Source: Patescibacteria group bacterium (GTDB taxonomy: Bacteria; Patescibacteriota; Patescibacteriia; UBA2591; JAQWAS01). From it: a stretch of DNA of 64,000 nucleotides. The DNA is taken from positions 47,711 to 111,710 of the forward strand of contig JAQWAS010000003.1 of assembly GCA_028707495.1 (NCBI GenBank), written 5' to 3'. Each line of letters opens with the position of its first letter. Positions within the stretch are counted from its first letter, which is position 1. Positions 55,186 through 64,000 of this stretch are shown one piece after another. A program made the translations under genes and the position numbers. The notes beneath the pieces were generated by a model. It had not been told where the DNA came from and did no database searches. It saw only the letters and a list, made by a program, of their open reading frames with translations.

Positions 55186-57873
55186 ATGATTTCTTTTTTA
55201 AACAACACACAGCGTAATTTATGGCATAGTTTAGACATTGATCAGGCTTTTAAAATTTTAGAAACCTCTGAACGTGGCCTTAAATCAAATCAAGCTGAGG
55301 AAAAAATAAAAAAACATGGTTTAAATACATTGCCAGAAGAAAAACCCTCTGGTAGTTTTAAAATTTTACTTAATCAGCTTAAAAGTCCCTTGGTTTATAT
55401 TTTATTAATTGCCGCAATAGTCTCTTTGGTTTTGGGAGAATATATTGATATGGGGGTTATTTTATTGGCAGTCATTATTAATACAGTAGTGGGTTTTGCA
55501 CAAGAGAATAAAGCTGAAAGAGCGGTTTATCTATTGCGTAAAATGGTTCATCACACCGCTAGAGTAATGCGCGATGGTCGAGAGATTGAAATTAATAGTC
55601 AAGAAGTGGTGCCTGGTGATATTATTTTTTTAGAGGCTGGTGACAAAATACCAGCTGATGCGCGTTTAATTCAGGAAAATGATTTTCAAGTTAATGAGGC
55701 GGCTTTAACTGGCGAATCGGTCCCTTCTAGTAAAAAAATTGAAATTTTAGCCAAGGGGACATCGTTAGCTGATAGAGAAAATATGGTTTACATGGGAACA
55801 GTCGTAACTCGAGGTCGAGCTCAAGCGGTTGTTTGTCAAACCGGCTTAGAAAGCGAGCTAGGAAAAATAACTTTAATGATTAAGGAAACTAAAGAAGAGC
55901 AAACGCCCTTGCAAGTTAAATTAACCAAGTTTAGTCGTTTTTTAAGTGTGAGCGTATCGGCTATTTGTGTTTTAATTTTAATTATCGGAATTTTAGAAGG
56001 TGAAAACTTTTTTGAAATGTTTATGGTGAGTATTGCTGTGGCGGTTTCGGCAATTCCAGAGGGTTTATTGGTAGCTATTACAGCGGTATTAGCCATTGGT
56101 ATGCAAAAGATTTTAAAACATAAAGCTTTGGTTAAAAAGCTGGTTGCTGCTGAAACTTTAGGTAGCACCACAGTTATTTGTTCAGATAAAACGGGCACAT
56201 TGACGGAGGGTAAAATGGTAGTAGCTGAAATTTTAACTGCTAGTTCTAAAACTAAAAATTTTTCAGCGATTACTAAAGAAAAAGATTTAATTTTTCAAAC
56301 AGCCGTTTTGTGTAACGATGCGGTTATCGAAAATCCACAAGATGATTTAAAAAAATGGCGGGTAATTGGTAGTCCAACCGAGACAGCTTTAATTTTAGGT
56401 GCCACACAAATGGGCTTAAATCGATCAGAATTAAATCAACAGCAACCAAGACTCAAAGAAGCTCCTTTTTCTTCGGAGACTAAAATTATGGCGACTTTAA
56501 ATCAAATAGATCAAAATAATTTTAAAATCTACGTTAAGGGTGCATCAGAGAAAATTTTTGATATGGTTAGTTACGTTTATGTTAATAATAAAAAAATTAA
56601 ATTAACTAGTGTGCGTTTAAAAAGTTTAAAAAAAGAATATGAAAAATTAACTCAGAAGGGTTTGCGAGTTTTAGGCTTAGCCTATCAAGAAAGTAAAAAA
56701 AATGTTTTAAATTTAGACAAAATTAAAAAAGAACAAAGTTTAGTTTTTGTTGGATTTATTGCTTTAAAAGATCCTTTACGACCAGAAATTAAAGAAACTA
56801 TTAATTTATGTCAGCAAGCTGGAATTAAAATTGTGATTGTGACTGGTGATCATAAATTAACTACCTTAGCGATTGCTAAAGAAATTGGACTTAAGGTTAA
56901 AAAAGAAAACGTTTTAGAGGGGGCTGACTTAGATAATTTAACAGATCAAGAATTTAAGAAAAAAGTTAATAAGATTATAATTTATAGTCGAGTTGAACCA
57001 CGACATAAATTAAGAATTGTTGATGCCTGGCAGGCTCAAGGTGATGTTGTAGCGATGACTGGAGATGGGGTTAATGATGCGCCAGCTTTGAAATCAGCTG
57101 ATATTGGTATCAGCCTTGGTTCGGGAACCGAAGTAACCAAAGAAACGGCAGACATAATTTTACTTGACGATAATTTTAAAACAATTGTGGCAGCCATCAA
57201 ACAGGGTCGCGTAATTTTTGATAATATCAAAAAAGTTATTTTATATTTAATTTCTGATGGCAGTTCGGAGGTTGTTTTGGTGATTGGATCTTTGTTATTA
57301 AAATTACCCTTGCCGATTTTAGCTGTGCAAATTTTATGGATTAATTTAGTTGCTGACGGCTTGCCGAGTATTGCCATGACCTTTGAGCCAGCTGAAAAAG
57401 ACGTAATGCAAATTAAACCTCAGGAACACAGTAAAACTATTTTAGATCGAGATATGAAAATTTTAATTTCAATTATTGCTACGATAACAAATGTTATTTT
57501 ATTTGTTTTATTCTATGTTTTATTTAAGCAAGGATTGGATATTCAATATGTCCGCACAATGATTTTTGCTACCTTGGGTTTGGATTCTTTATTTTATGTT
57601 TTTTCTTGCAAGAGTCTGCGTTATTCGATTTTTCAAACCAATATTTTTTCTAATTGGTATTTAATCGGTGGCATTGGAATTGGATTGGTAATGCTATTGT
57701 TAGCTATTTATGCACCATTTTTTCAAATGATTTTACGAACAGTTGTTCTAGATTTCAAAGATTGGTTAGTTATTCTAGGGTTGGGTGTATTTGAAATTAT
57801 CTTAATTGAGATTGGTAAGTATATTTTTATTTTAAAAAAATATAAAAAACAGCACCACCAAATCGAATGTTAA
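55186..57873 (+). CDS. P-type cation (Ca2+-type, IIA-like) ATPase
   Basis: TGES, IPEGL, DKTGTLT, KGA, TGD, GDGVNDAPA, ILWINLV. Confidence 0.93.
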   Translation: MISFLNNTQRNLWHSLDIDQAFKILETSERGLKSNQAEEKIKKHGLNTLPEEKPSGSFKILLNQLKSPLVYILLIAAIVSLVLGEYIDMGVILLAVIINTVVGFAQENKAERAVYLLRKMVHHTARVMRDGREIEINSQEVVPGDIIFLEAGDKIPADARLIQENDFQVNEAALTGESVPSSKKIEILAKGTSLADRENMVYMGTVVTRGRAQAVVCQTGLESELGKITLMIKETKEEQTPLQVKLTKFSRFLSVSVSAICVLILIIGILEGENFFEMFMVSIAVAVSAIPEGLLVAITAVLAIGMQKILKHKALVKKLVAAETLGSTTVICSDKTGTLTEGKMVVAEILTASSKTKNFSAITKEKDLIFQTAVLCNDAVIENPQDDLKKWRVIGSPTETALILGATQMGLNRSELNQQQPRLKEAPFSSETKIMATLNQIDQNNFKIYVKGASEKIFDMVSYVYVNNKKIKLTSVRLKSLKKEYEKLTQKGLRVLGLAYQESKKNVLNLDKIKKEQSLVFVGFIALKDPLRPEIKETINLCQQAGIKIVIVTGDHKLTTLAIAKEIGLKVKKENVLEGADLDNLTDQEFKKKVNKIIIYSRVEPRHKLRIVDAWQAQGDVVAMTGDGVNDAPALKSADIGISLGSGTEVTKETADIILLDDNFKTIVAAIKQGRVIFDNIKKVILYLISDGSSEVVLVIGSLLLKLPLPILAVQILWINLVADGLPSIAMTFEPAEKDVMQIKPQEHSKTILDRDMKILISIIATITNVILFVLFYVLFKQGLDIQYVRTMIFATLGLDSLFYVFSCKSLRYSIFQTNIFSNWYLIGGIGIGLVMLLLAIYAPFFQMILRTVVLDFKDWLVILGLGVFEIILIEIGKYIFILKKYKKQHHQIEC

Positions 57874-58814
57874 TTTTCAATATTTTAATTTTTATTTTAA
57901 GTTGTTTAGTACTAGTCAAAAGTGCTAATTTTTTAATTAAAGCTATAACTAAAATTTCAGCTGCTTTTCAAATTAATGAATTTACCCTCGCCTTTATTGT
58001 CGTTACTCTAGCTACTTCTATCCCAGAATTATTTATTGGTGTTTTTTCGGCTTTAGATAAAATTCCAACTCTATCTTTGGGTAATGTGATTGGTTCAAAT
58101 ATTGTGGCTTTAAGTTTAATTATTGGTTTAAGTGCGGTTCTGGCGCGTGGCATTAAAACAGAAAGTCGTATTATTAAAGACAATACTTTATATTTAGTGT
58201 TGATTAGTTTTTTACCATTAATATTAAGTTTAGATCGTAATTTATCACGACTTGATGGGGTGACTTTAATTATTTTCTTTTTAATTTATTTGTTTAAATT
58301 ATATCGTGAGCGGCGTGCCTTTCATAAAGTTGTTTCTAGTGTTACTAAAAAAACAGTCAATAAGCAAATTTTAATTTTAATGATCAGTTTGGTTTGTCTA
58401 TTAATAAGTTCTAATTTTTTAGTTAAATCGGGTTTAAATATAACAGCAATAGTGGGCTTCAAACCAATTTGGTTTGGAATTCTAATTATAGCTATTGGGA
58501 CTTCTTTACCAGAATTAATTTTTCAGACCAAAGCGGCTTTAAGGGATCATGGCGATATGGCCCTAGGTAATATGATGGGTAGTGTGGTAGCGAATATAAC
58601 TTTAATTTTAGGAATAACAGTTTTAATCCAACCAATTTATTTTGAAAATTTTTATAGTTATATTCTGAGTCTAAGTTTTATGATTTTAGTTGTGGTTATT
58701 TTTGATATTTTAATGCAAACCAAAAATAAGCTTTCTTGGAAAGAGGGGATAGTCTTGATTTTTATTTATATAATTTTTGTTATTTTTCAATTATTTTTTA
58801 ATGTAACAATTTAA
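57867..58814 (+). CDS. Na+/Ca2+ antiporter (CaCA family)
   Basis: Alpha repeats ATSIPEL..GNVIGSN and GTSLPEL..GNMMGS. Confidence 0.9.
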   Translation: MLIFNILIFILSCLVLVKSANFLIKAITKISAAFQINEFTLAFIVVTLATSIPELFIGVFSALDKIPTLSLGNVIGSNIVALSLIIGLSAVLARGIKTESRIIKDNTLYLVLISFLPLILSLDRNLSRLDGVTLIIFFLIYLFKLYRERRAFHKVVSSVTKKTVNKQILILMISLVCLLISSNFLVKSGLNITAIVGFKPIWFGILIIAIGTSLPELIFQTKAALRDHGDMALGNMMGSVVANITLILGITVLIQPIYFENFYSYILSLSFMILVVVIFDILMQTKNKLSWKEGIVLIFIYIIFVIFQLFFNVTI

Positions 58815-58829
58815 AAATTTAAATAAAAG

Positions 58830-59001
58830 TTATCCACAATCAGCCGTTAATTAGTCGGCTGGTTTTTTTATTTTTGGCTTAAATAAAGGTTTTTAGTGTG
58901 TGGGGATATGGGTTTGACTGGTGGAAAAAAATGGATTATAATATATTTATAGTGGATTGATGTGGATAATTGTGGGGATAAGTTATCTAAAGTGTGCATA
59001 A
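58830..59001 (+). promoter_or_regulatory. dcw promoter region with MraZ-type GTGG repeats and DnaA-box-like 9-mers
   Basis: TTGACT(58914)-17-TATAAT(58937); RTGG units at ~10-nt spacing; TTATCCACA 58830, TGTGGATAA 58961, TGTGCATAA 58993. Confidence 0.75.
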
Positions 59002-59019
59002 GTCAATTTAATTAAAATT

Positions 59020-59451
59020 ATGTTTATTGGTGAATATCATCACAATCTAGATCAAAAGGGGAGACTGGCAATTCCGGTCAAGTTTAGAAATGAATTATCT
59101 AAAGGAGCGGTTGTGACTCGTGGCTTAGATAATTGTTTGTTTTTATATTCACAAAACGAATGGGAAAAATTAGCTACTCAATTAGCAAATTTACCAATTA
59201 GCCAGGCGAATACCCGGGCTTTTAGTCGTTTAATGTTAGCTGGAGCCATGGACGTTCAAATGGATAAATTGGGGAGAGTTATTTTGCCAGAATATTTAAG
59301 GAAATATGCTCAAGTTAAAAAGAAGATTGTTGTTGCTGGTTTATATAATCGTTTAGAAATTTGGGATGAAACAGTTTGGGAAAAATATAAACAAGGCACC
59401 GAAAAAAACAGTGGTGATATTGCCGAAGCTTTGGGTGAGTTAGGAGTTTAA
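59020..59451 (+). CDS. mraZ: Division/cell wall cluster transcriptional repressor MraZ
   Basis: MFIGEYHHNLDQKGRLAIP, DKLGRVILP, RLEIWD. Confidence 0.97.
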   Translation: MFIGEYHHNLDQKGRLAIPVKFRNELSKGAVVTRGLDNCLFLYSQNEWEKLATQLANLPISQANTRAFSRLMLAGAMDVQMDKLGRVILPEYLRKYAQVKKKIVVAGLYNRLEIWDETVWEKYKQGTEKNSGDIAEALGELGV

Positions 59452-59455
59452 AAAT

Positions 59456-60343
59456 ATGGAGTTTCTGCACCAACCAGTTCTTTTAAATCAAGTCATTGAA
59501 TATTTGAATCCACAATTAGGACAAAATTTTATCGATGTGACTATCGGTAATGGGGGACACAGTTTAGAAATCTTAAAAAAGATTGGTCCAAGTGGAAAAT
59601 TATTGGCCATTGATAATGATCCACAAGCCATTCAACGCAGTCAGCAAAATTTAGCTGAATTTAAAAATCAAATCGTGTGGGTCAATGATAATTTCAGTAA
59701 TTTAGAAAAAATAGTGGCAGACAAGTTTAAAAATATTTCGATTCATGGAATTTTAGTTGACCTAGGATTTTGTCTAGATCAAATTAAAACTTCTGGCCGA
59801 GGATTTTCTTTTCAACAAGATGAACCATTAGATATGCGTTTTAACCCCGAACAACAAGAATTAACTGCTCAAGAAATTATTAATCGTTTTTCAGATCAGA
59901 AATTAATCGAAATTTTTAAAGATTATGGTGAGGAAAGGTTTAGCCGTCGCATTGCTGAACAAATAGTTGAAAATAGAAAAGAAAAAGAAATTAAAACCAG
60001 TCAGGAGTTAGCTGATTTGATTTGGCAAGTTTATCCAGCCAAATTTAGACGTCGAATTCATCCAGCGACTAAAGTTTTTCAAGCTTTAAGAATTCAAGTC
60101 AATGACGAGATTAACAAATTAATTCAGTTTTTACCGCAGGCGGTTGAAATTTTACAACCCCAGGGACGTTTGGCAATTATTTCCTTTCATTCGCTGGAAG
60201 ATCGTCAAGTCAAACATTTTTTTAAAAATCATTCAGATTTACAAATTTTAACTAAAAAACCAATTCAGGCGACAGAAGAAGAATTAAAAAATAATCCAGC
60301 CAGTCGCAGTGCGAAATTAAGAGTCGCTCAAAAACAAAAATAA
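59456..60343 (+). CDS. rsmH: 16S rRNA m4C1402 methyltransferase
   Basis: HQPVLL, GNGGHS, RGFSF..PLDMR, FQALRI, FHSLEDR, SRSAKLR. Confidence 0.97.
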   Translation: MEFLHQPVLLNQVIEYLNPQLGQNFIDVTIGNGGHSLEILKKIGPSGKLLAIDNDPQAIQRSQQNLAEFKNQIVWVNDNFSNLEKIVADKFKNISIHGILVDLGFCLDQIKTSGRGFSFQQDEPLDMRFNPEQQELTAQEIINRFSDQKLIEIFKDYGEERFSRRIAEQIVENRKEKEIKTSQELADLIWQVYPAKFRRRIHPATKVFQALRIQVNDEINKLIQFLPQAVEILQPQGRLAIISFHSLEDRQVKHFFKNHSDLQILTKKPIQATEEELKNNPASRSAKLRVAQKQK

Positions 60344-60366
60344 AAACATAAATATAAAATAAACAT

Positions 60367-60759
60367 ATGTACCAAACTTACGCCTCAAAATTCAATCAAT
60401 TTCAAACCAACTTAGAGTGTCAAAGTTTTTCTAAAAAATTAATTCAAGCAATTAAAAGTTGGTCCATTTTTAAAATTAATTTGCACAAATTTAAAATTAT
60501 AATTGGTATGGCAAGTTTAATTTTATTTGTAGTCTATTTAATGCAAGTTAATTTTTTAGCTACAGCCGGTTTTAAAATTCAAGAATTAAAACAAGATATT
60601 CAAAAATTAGAAACAAATAATCAACAGCTAGAATTACAAGCGATGAATTTACAATCAATTAGTCGAGTAAAGACTATTAGTCAAGAATTAAAAATGGTTT
60701 CTTTGGAAAACGTTGATTATTTAACACCAATCTCTGGCTCAATGATGGCAGCTAAATAA
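60367..60759 (+). CDS. FtsL-like cell division protein
   Basis: Single TM plus coiled coil, located between rsmH and the PBP gene. Confidence 0.7.
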   Translation: MYQTYASKFNQFQTNLECQSFSKKLIQAIKSWSIFKINLHKFKIIIGMASLILFVVYLMQVNFLATAGFKIQELKQDIQKLETNNQQLELQAMNLQSISRVKTISQELKMVSLENVDYLTPISGSMMAAK

Positions 60760-60768
60760 TTTTAAATT

Positions 60769-62529
60769 ATGTTAAATCAAAGGAGTTATAGCAAGAAAAA
60801 ACATTATTCTTGTAGTCGGATAACTTTTGTTAAAATAGTTATCTTTTTTTGTTTAACTTTAATTATTGTCCGTTTATTTTCACTTCAAGTTGTTAATAGT
60901 GGTTTTTATAAAACCATGGCTTCAGGTTTGCATGAATTTTATCAAGACGTTTCACCACGTCGAGGCGAGATTTATATTCATAATCATGATTTAAATTTAG
61001 GTCAGCAGAAAAAGGATTATCCAATTGCTACCAATGTCGAATTAAATTTATTGTATGCTGTACCGAATACAATTATTGATCCAGCGGCGACATTGGAAAA
61101 ATTAAACACAGTTTTAAATTTAACTCCGGAAGATCAAGAAATTATTTTACAGCGACTTAAAAAGGAAGATGATATTTATGAACCGATTCAACATTATTTA
61201 AACAATCAGCAAAAGGATGATATTCAGGCCTTGAATCTAGAAGGTTTGCATTTTATATCAGAAACTAAGCGTTATTATCCAGAAAATGATTTGTTTAGCC
61301 AGGTGGTGGGTTTTGTGGGTCATGACGATGATAAAATTTTGGGACGTTATGGTTTAGAAGAAAAATTTGAGAAAGAATTGGCTGGTCAACAGGGCACAAT
61401 TGAAGCTGAAAAAGATGCTTTGGGGCAAATGATAGCCCTAGGTTCTCAATCGATTCAACAGGTTAAAAATGGAATGAGTTTAGTTTTAACCTTAGATTAT
61501 CCAATTCAACATTTTGTTTGCAATCAACTTAAGGAGGCAGTTGAACATTACGGAGCTAAAAGCGGTTCAATTATTATCATGCAACCCCAAACTGGTAAAA
61601 TTTTAGCTATGTGTAATGAGCCAAGTTTTAATCCCAATGAATATAATCAAGTCGATGATATTAATGTGTATATTAATTCAGCTGTGTCAAAAATTTTTGA
61701 ACCAGGTTCAGTTTTTAAGGCAATCACCATGGCAATTGGATTGGAAACTCAAAAAATTACACCCGACGATACTTATCAGGACACTGGTGAGGTTAAAATA
61801 GCCGGCTACACAATTAAAAATTCTGACTTAAAAGCGCATGGTCAGAAAACCATGACCGAGGTACTAGAAGAGTCTTTAAATACGGGTTCGGTACATGTAG
61901 CTTTAAAAGTTGGACCACACTCAATGCGTCAATATATTCAAGATTTTGGTTTTGGAGAATCAACTGGGATTGAATTGCCGAGTGAGGGAATGGGGAATAC
62001 TTCGCGTTTAGACGAAGAAAAAGACATTTATACAGCAACAATTTCTTTTGGCCAAGGAATTTCTGTTACACCAATCCAAATGTTAAATTCTTTTAGTACA
62101 ATTGCTAATGGTGGGAAAATGATGCAACCTTATTTAGTCGAAAAAATAATTAATCCCGATCAAACCGAGATAATTAATGAACCTAAGTTTGTCCGTCAGG
62201 TTATTTCACCAGCGACCGCCAATACGCTAAAGGGTATGTTAGTCTCGGTGATTGAAAATGGTCATGCAGAAAAAGCTGGAGTGGAAGGTTATTATTTAGC
62301 CGGGAAAACAGGCACAGCCCAGGTTCCTGATCCTAATCGTGGCGGTTATTCAAATAAAACTATTCATACTTTTGTGGGATTTGGTCCAGCTGACGATCCA
62401 CAATTTGCCGTGTTGATAAAATTAGACGAGCCAACCAATGTTAAATATGCAGCTTCGTCAACTGCGCCGGTTTTTGGACAAATCGCTAAATTTTTGTTAA
62501 ACTATTTACAGATACCTATAAACAAATAA
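60769..62529 (+). CDS. ftsI: Class B penicillin-binding protein (FtsI/PBP2-like)
   Basis: RRGEIY, RYYP, EPGSVFK, SLN, GKTGTAQ; dcw position. Confidence 0.88.
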   Translation: MLNQRSYSKKKHYSCSRITFVKIVIFFCLTLIIVRLFSLQVVNSGFYKTMASGLHEFYQDVSPRRGEIYIHNHDLNLGQQKKDYPIATNVELNLLYAVPNTIIDPAATLEKLNTVLNLTPEDQEIILQRLKKEDDIYEPIQHYLNNQQKDDIQALNLEGLHFISETKRYYPENDLFSQVVGFVGHDDDKILGRYGLEEKFEKELAGQQGTIEAEKDALGQMIALGSQSIQQVKNGMSLVLTLDYPIQHFVCNQLKEAVEHYGAKSGSIIIMQPQTGKILAMCNEPSFNPNEYNQVDDINVYINSAVSKIFEPGSVFKAITMAIGLETQKITPDDTYQDTGEVKIAGYTIKNSDLKAHGQKTMTEVLEESLNTGSVHVALKVGPHSMRQYIQDFGFGESTGIELPSEGMGNTSRLDEEKDIYTATISFGQGISVTPIQMLNSFSTIANGGKMMQPYLVEKIINPDQTEIINEPKFVRQVISPATANTLKGMLVSVIENGHAEKAGVEGYYLAGKTGTAQVPDPNRGGYSNKTIHTFVGFGPADDPQFAVLIKLDEPTNVKYAASSTAPVFGQIAKFLLNYLQIPINK

Positions 62530-62533
62530 ACAC

Positions 62534-63862
62534 ATGAATAAATTAGTTAAATACATTTTAAAAATTTTAACCAGGGGCGTGGTGAAAAAACATCATCCTT
62601 TGGTGATTGGCATTACTGGAAGCGTAGGTAAAACTTCGACCAAGGAGGCGGTTTTCACTGTTTTAAATTCCAAGTTTAACGTACGCAAGAGCGAAAAAAA
62701 TTATAACAATGAGTTCGGTTTGCCTTTTACGATTTTAGGGACAGACGCGCCCGGTAAATCAATTTTGGCTTGGTTAAAAATTTTATTTAAAGCTATCAGT
62801 TTAAATTTAATAAAATGTTCTACTTTTCCAGAAATTTTGGTTTTAGAAATGGCAGCCGATCATCCCGGTGATATTGCTTATTTATTGTCAATTTGTAAGC
62901 CCCAAATTAGCATTGTGACAACGGTCGCGCCAGTCCATTTGGAATATTTTAAAACTATTGAAAAAGTAGCTCGTGAAAAAAGAAGAATTATTGAAATTTT
63001 AGATAAAAAGGGTTTAGCGATTTTAAACGCCGATGACGAGCATGTTTTTTCGTTTAGGGAAAAAACACAGGCACAGATTTTAACTTATGGTTTTTCAGAT
63101 ATTAGTGATATTAAGGCGGAAGAAATTACTATTCGTCAGGAGTTAGATCATGGCAGTCAAGAGCTAGAAAATGTCGTCGGTGGTATTAGTTTTAAATTAA
63201 CTTATCGTGGTTCGGTCGTGCCGGTTTTTCTACCTGGAGTTTTAGGTCGTCACCAAATTTATTCTATATTAGCGGCCGCGGCCGTGGGGATTTATCGCGA
63301 TATGAATTTAGTTGAAATTTCTGAGGCTTTACGCAATTATCAGTCGCCACCCGGCAGAATGAAGTTAATTGAAGGGATTAAACATACTTACATCATTGAT
63401 GATACCTATAATTCATCACCACGTTCAGTCAAGGCAGGTTTAGAAACCTTAAGCGAATTAACCGTTCAAGCTCGTAAAATAGCTGTCTTGGGTGATATGT
63501 TGGAATTGGGGTCTTTCACTGAAGAAGGTCATCGCGACGTTGGTCGGGTAGTAGCTATTTCGCATGTTGATATTTTAGTTACTGTTGGTGAAAAATCCAA
63601 TGATACAATTTTAGGAGCTAAAAAAGCTGGTATGGCTGAAGAAAATTTATTTCATTTTGATAAAACCGAAGAGGCTGGGCGATTTCTACAAGATAAAATA
63701 AAAGAAGGTGATTTGATTTTAATTAAAGGTTCACAAGGTATGCGAATGGAAAAAATTGTTAAAGAATTAATGGCTGAGCCCTTACGAGCTGAAGAGCTTT
63801 TAGTGAGACAAGGAGAGAAGTGGTTAAAAAAACAAAAAACCTTTTCGGGTTTTTTGTTATAA
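62534..63862 (+). CDS. murF: UDP-MurNAc-tripeptide--D-Ala-D-Ala ligase
   Basis: GITGSVGKTSTKE, NYNNEFGLP, DDTYNSSP, LGDMLELG, LIKGS. Confidence 0.95.
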   Translation: MNKLVKYILKILTRGVVKKHHPLVIGITGSVGKTSTKEAVFTVLNSKFNVRKSEKNYNNEFGLPFTILGTDAPGKSILAWLKILFKAISLNLIKCSTFPEILVLEMAADHPGDIAYLLSICKPQISIVTTVAPVHLEYFKTIEKVAREKRRIIEILDKKGLAILNADDEHVFSFREKTQAQILTYGFSDISDIKAEEITIRQELDHGSQELENVVGGISFKLTYRGSVVPVFLPGVLGRHQIYSILAAAAVGIYRDMNLVEISEALRNYQSPPGRMKLIEGIKHTYIIDDTYNSSPRSVKAGLETLSELTVQARKIAVLGDMLELGSFTEEGHRDVGRVVAISHVDILVTVGEKSNDTILGAKKAGMAEENLFHFDKTEEAGRFLQDKIKEGDLILIKGSQGMRMEKIVKELMAEPLRAEELLVRQGEKWLKKQKTFSGFLL

Positions 63863-63873
63863 ATTTTTTTAAA

Positions 63874-63945
63874 TAGCCCCGACGGGAGTCGAACCCGTGT
63901 GTCATGGTTGAGAACCATGTATCCTAACCATTAGATGACGGGGCC
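63874..63945 (-). tRNA. tRNA-Glu(CTC), CCA not encoded
   Basis: Minus strand GGCCCCG/CGGGGCT acceptor, CATGG-TTCTCAA-CCATG, GTTCGACTC. Confidence 0.93.
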
Positions 63946-64000
63946 TTGATTTTATTAGTTTATCATAATTTAAAAGCAAAAACAAGATTTAAATCACTGA

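Overview
AT-rich bacterial chromosome segment read in genetic code 11. Gene content and style (compact housekeeping genes with no Shine-Dalgarno (SD) motif, GAD-less AspRS, VirD4/HerA-like ATPase, presenilin-type protease) suggest Patescibacteria/CPR; this is an inference, as no rRNA is in the window. It carries tsaB, asnS, aspS, scpAB, dnaX, rmuC, the hrcA-grpE-hsp20-dnaK-dnaJ operon with a CIRCE box, secDF, cysS, corA, tpiA, fba, a tRNA cluster with rpmG, rarA, queH, a P-type ATPase and the start of the dcw cluster (mraZ-rsmH-ftsL-ftsI-murF). Four observations stand out. (1) Six stand-alone orphan genes share a TTGACA promoter (five with a 17-nt spacer and a TAAGAT/TAAAAT/TAAACT -10), A-rich leaders and strong (A/G)GGAG SD sites, whereas the housekeeping genes essentially lack SD. 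(2) Two unannotated SD-led micro-ORF/structured-RNA units lie at 7.6-8.0 kb and 16.0-16.2 kb. (3) A tandem double ATP-grasp ligase plus GNAT operon is preceded by an unannotated 31-aa leader peptide whose stop codon lies inside an intrinsic terminator. (4) Two GIY-YIG genes are embedded in palindromic repeats and tRNA fragments, and tiny CCGCC..GGCGG hairpins are nested inside other repeats. All calls were made by eye from the sequence and the ORF track; no database searches were run.
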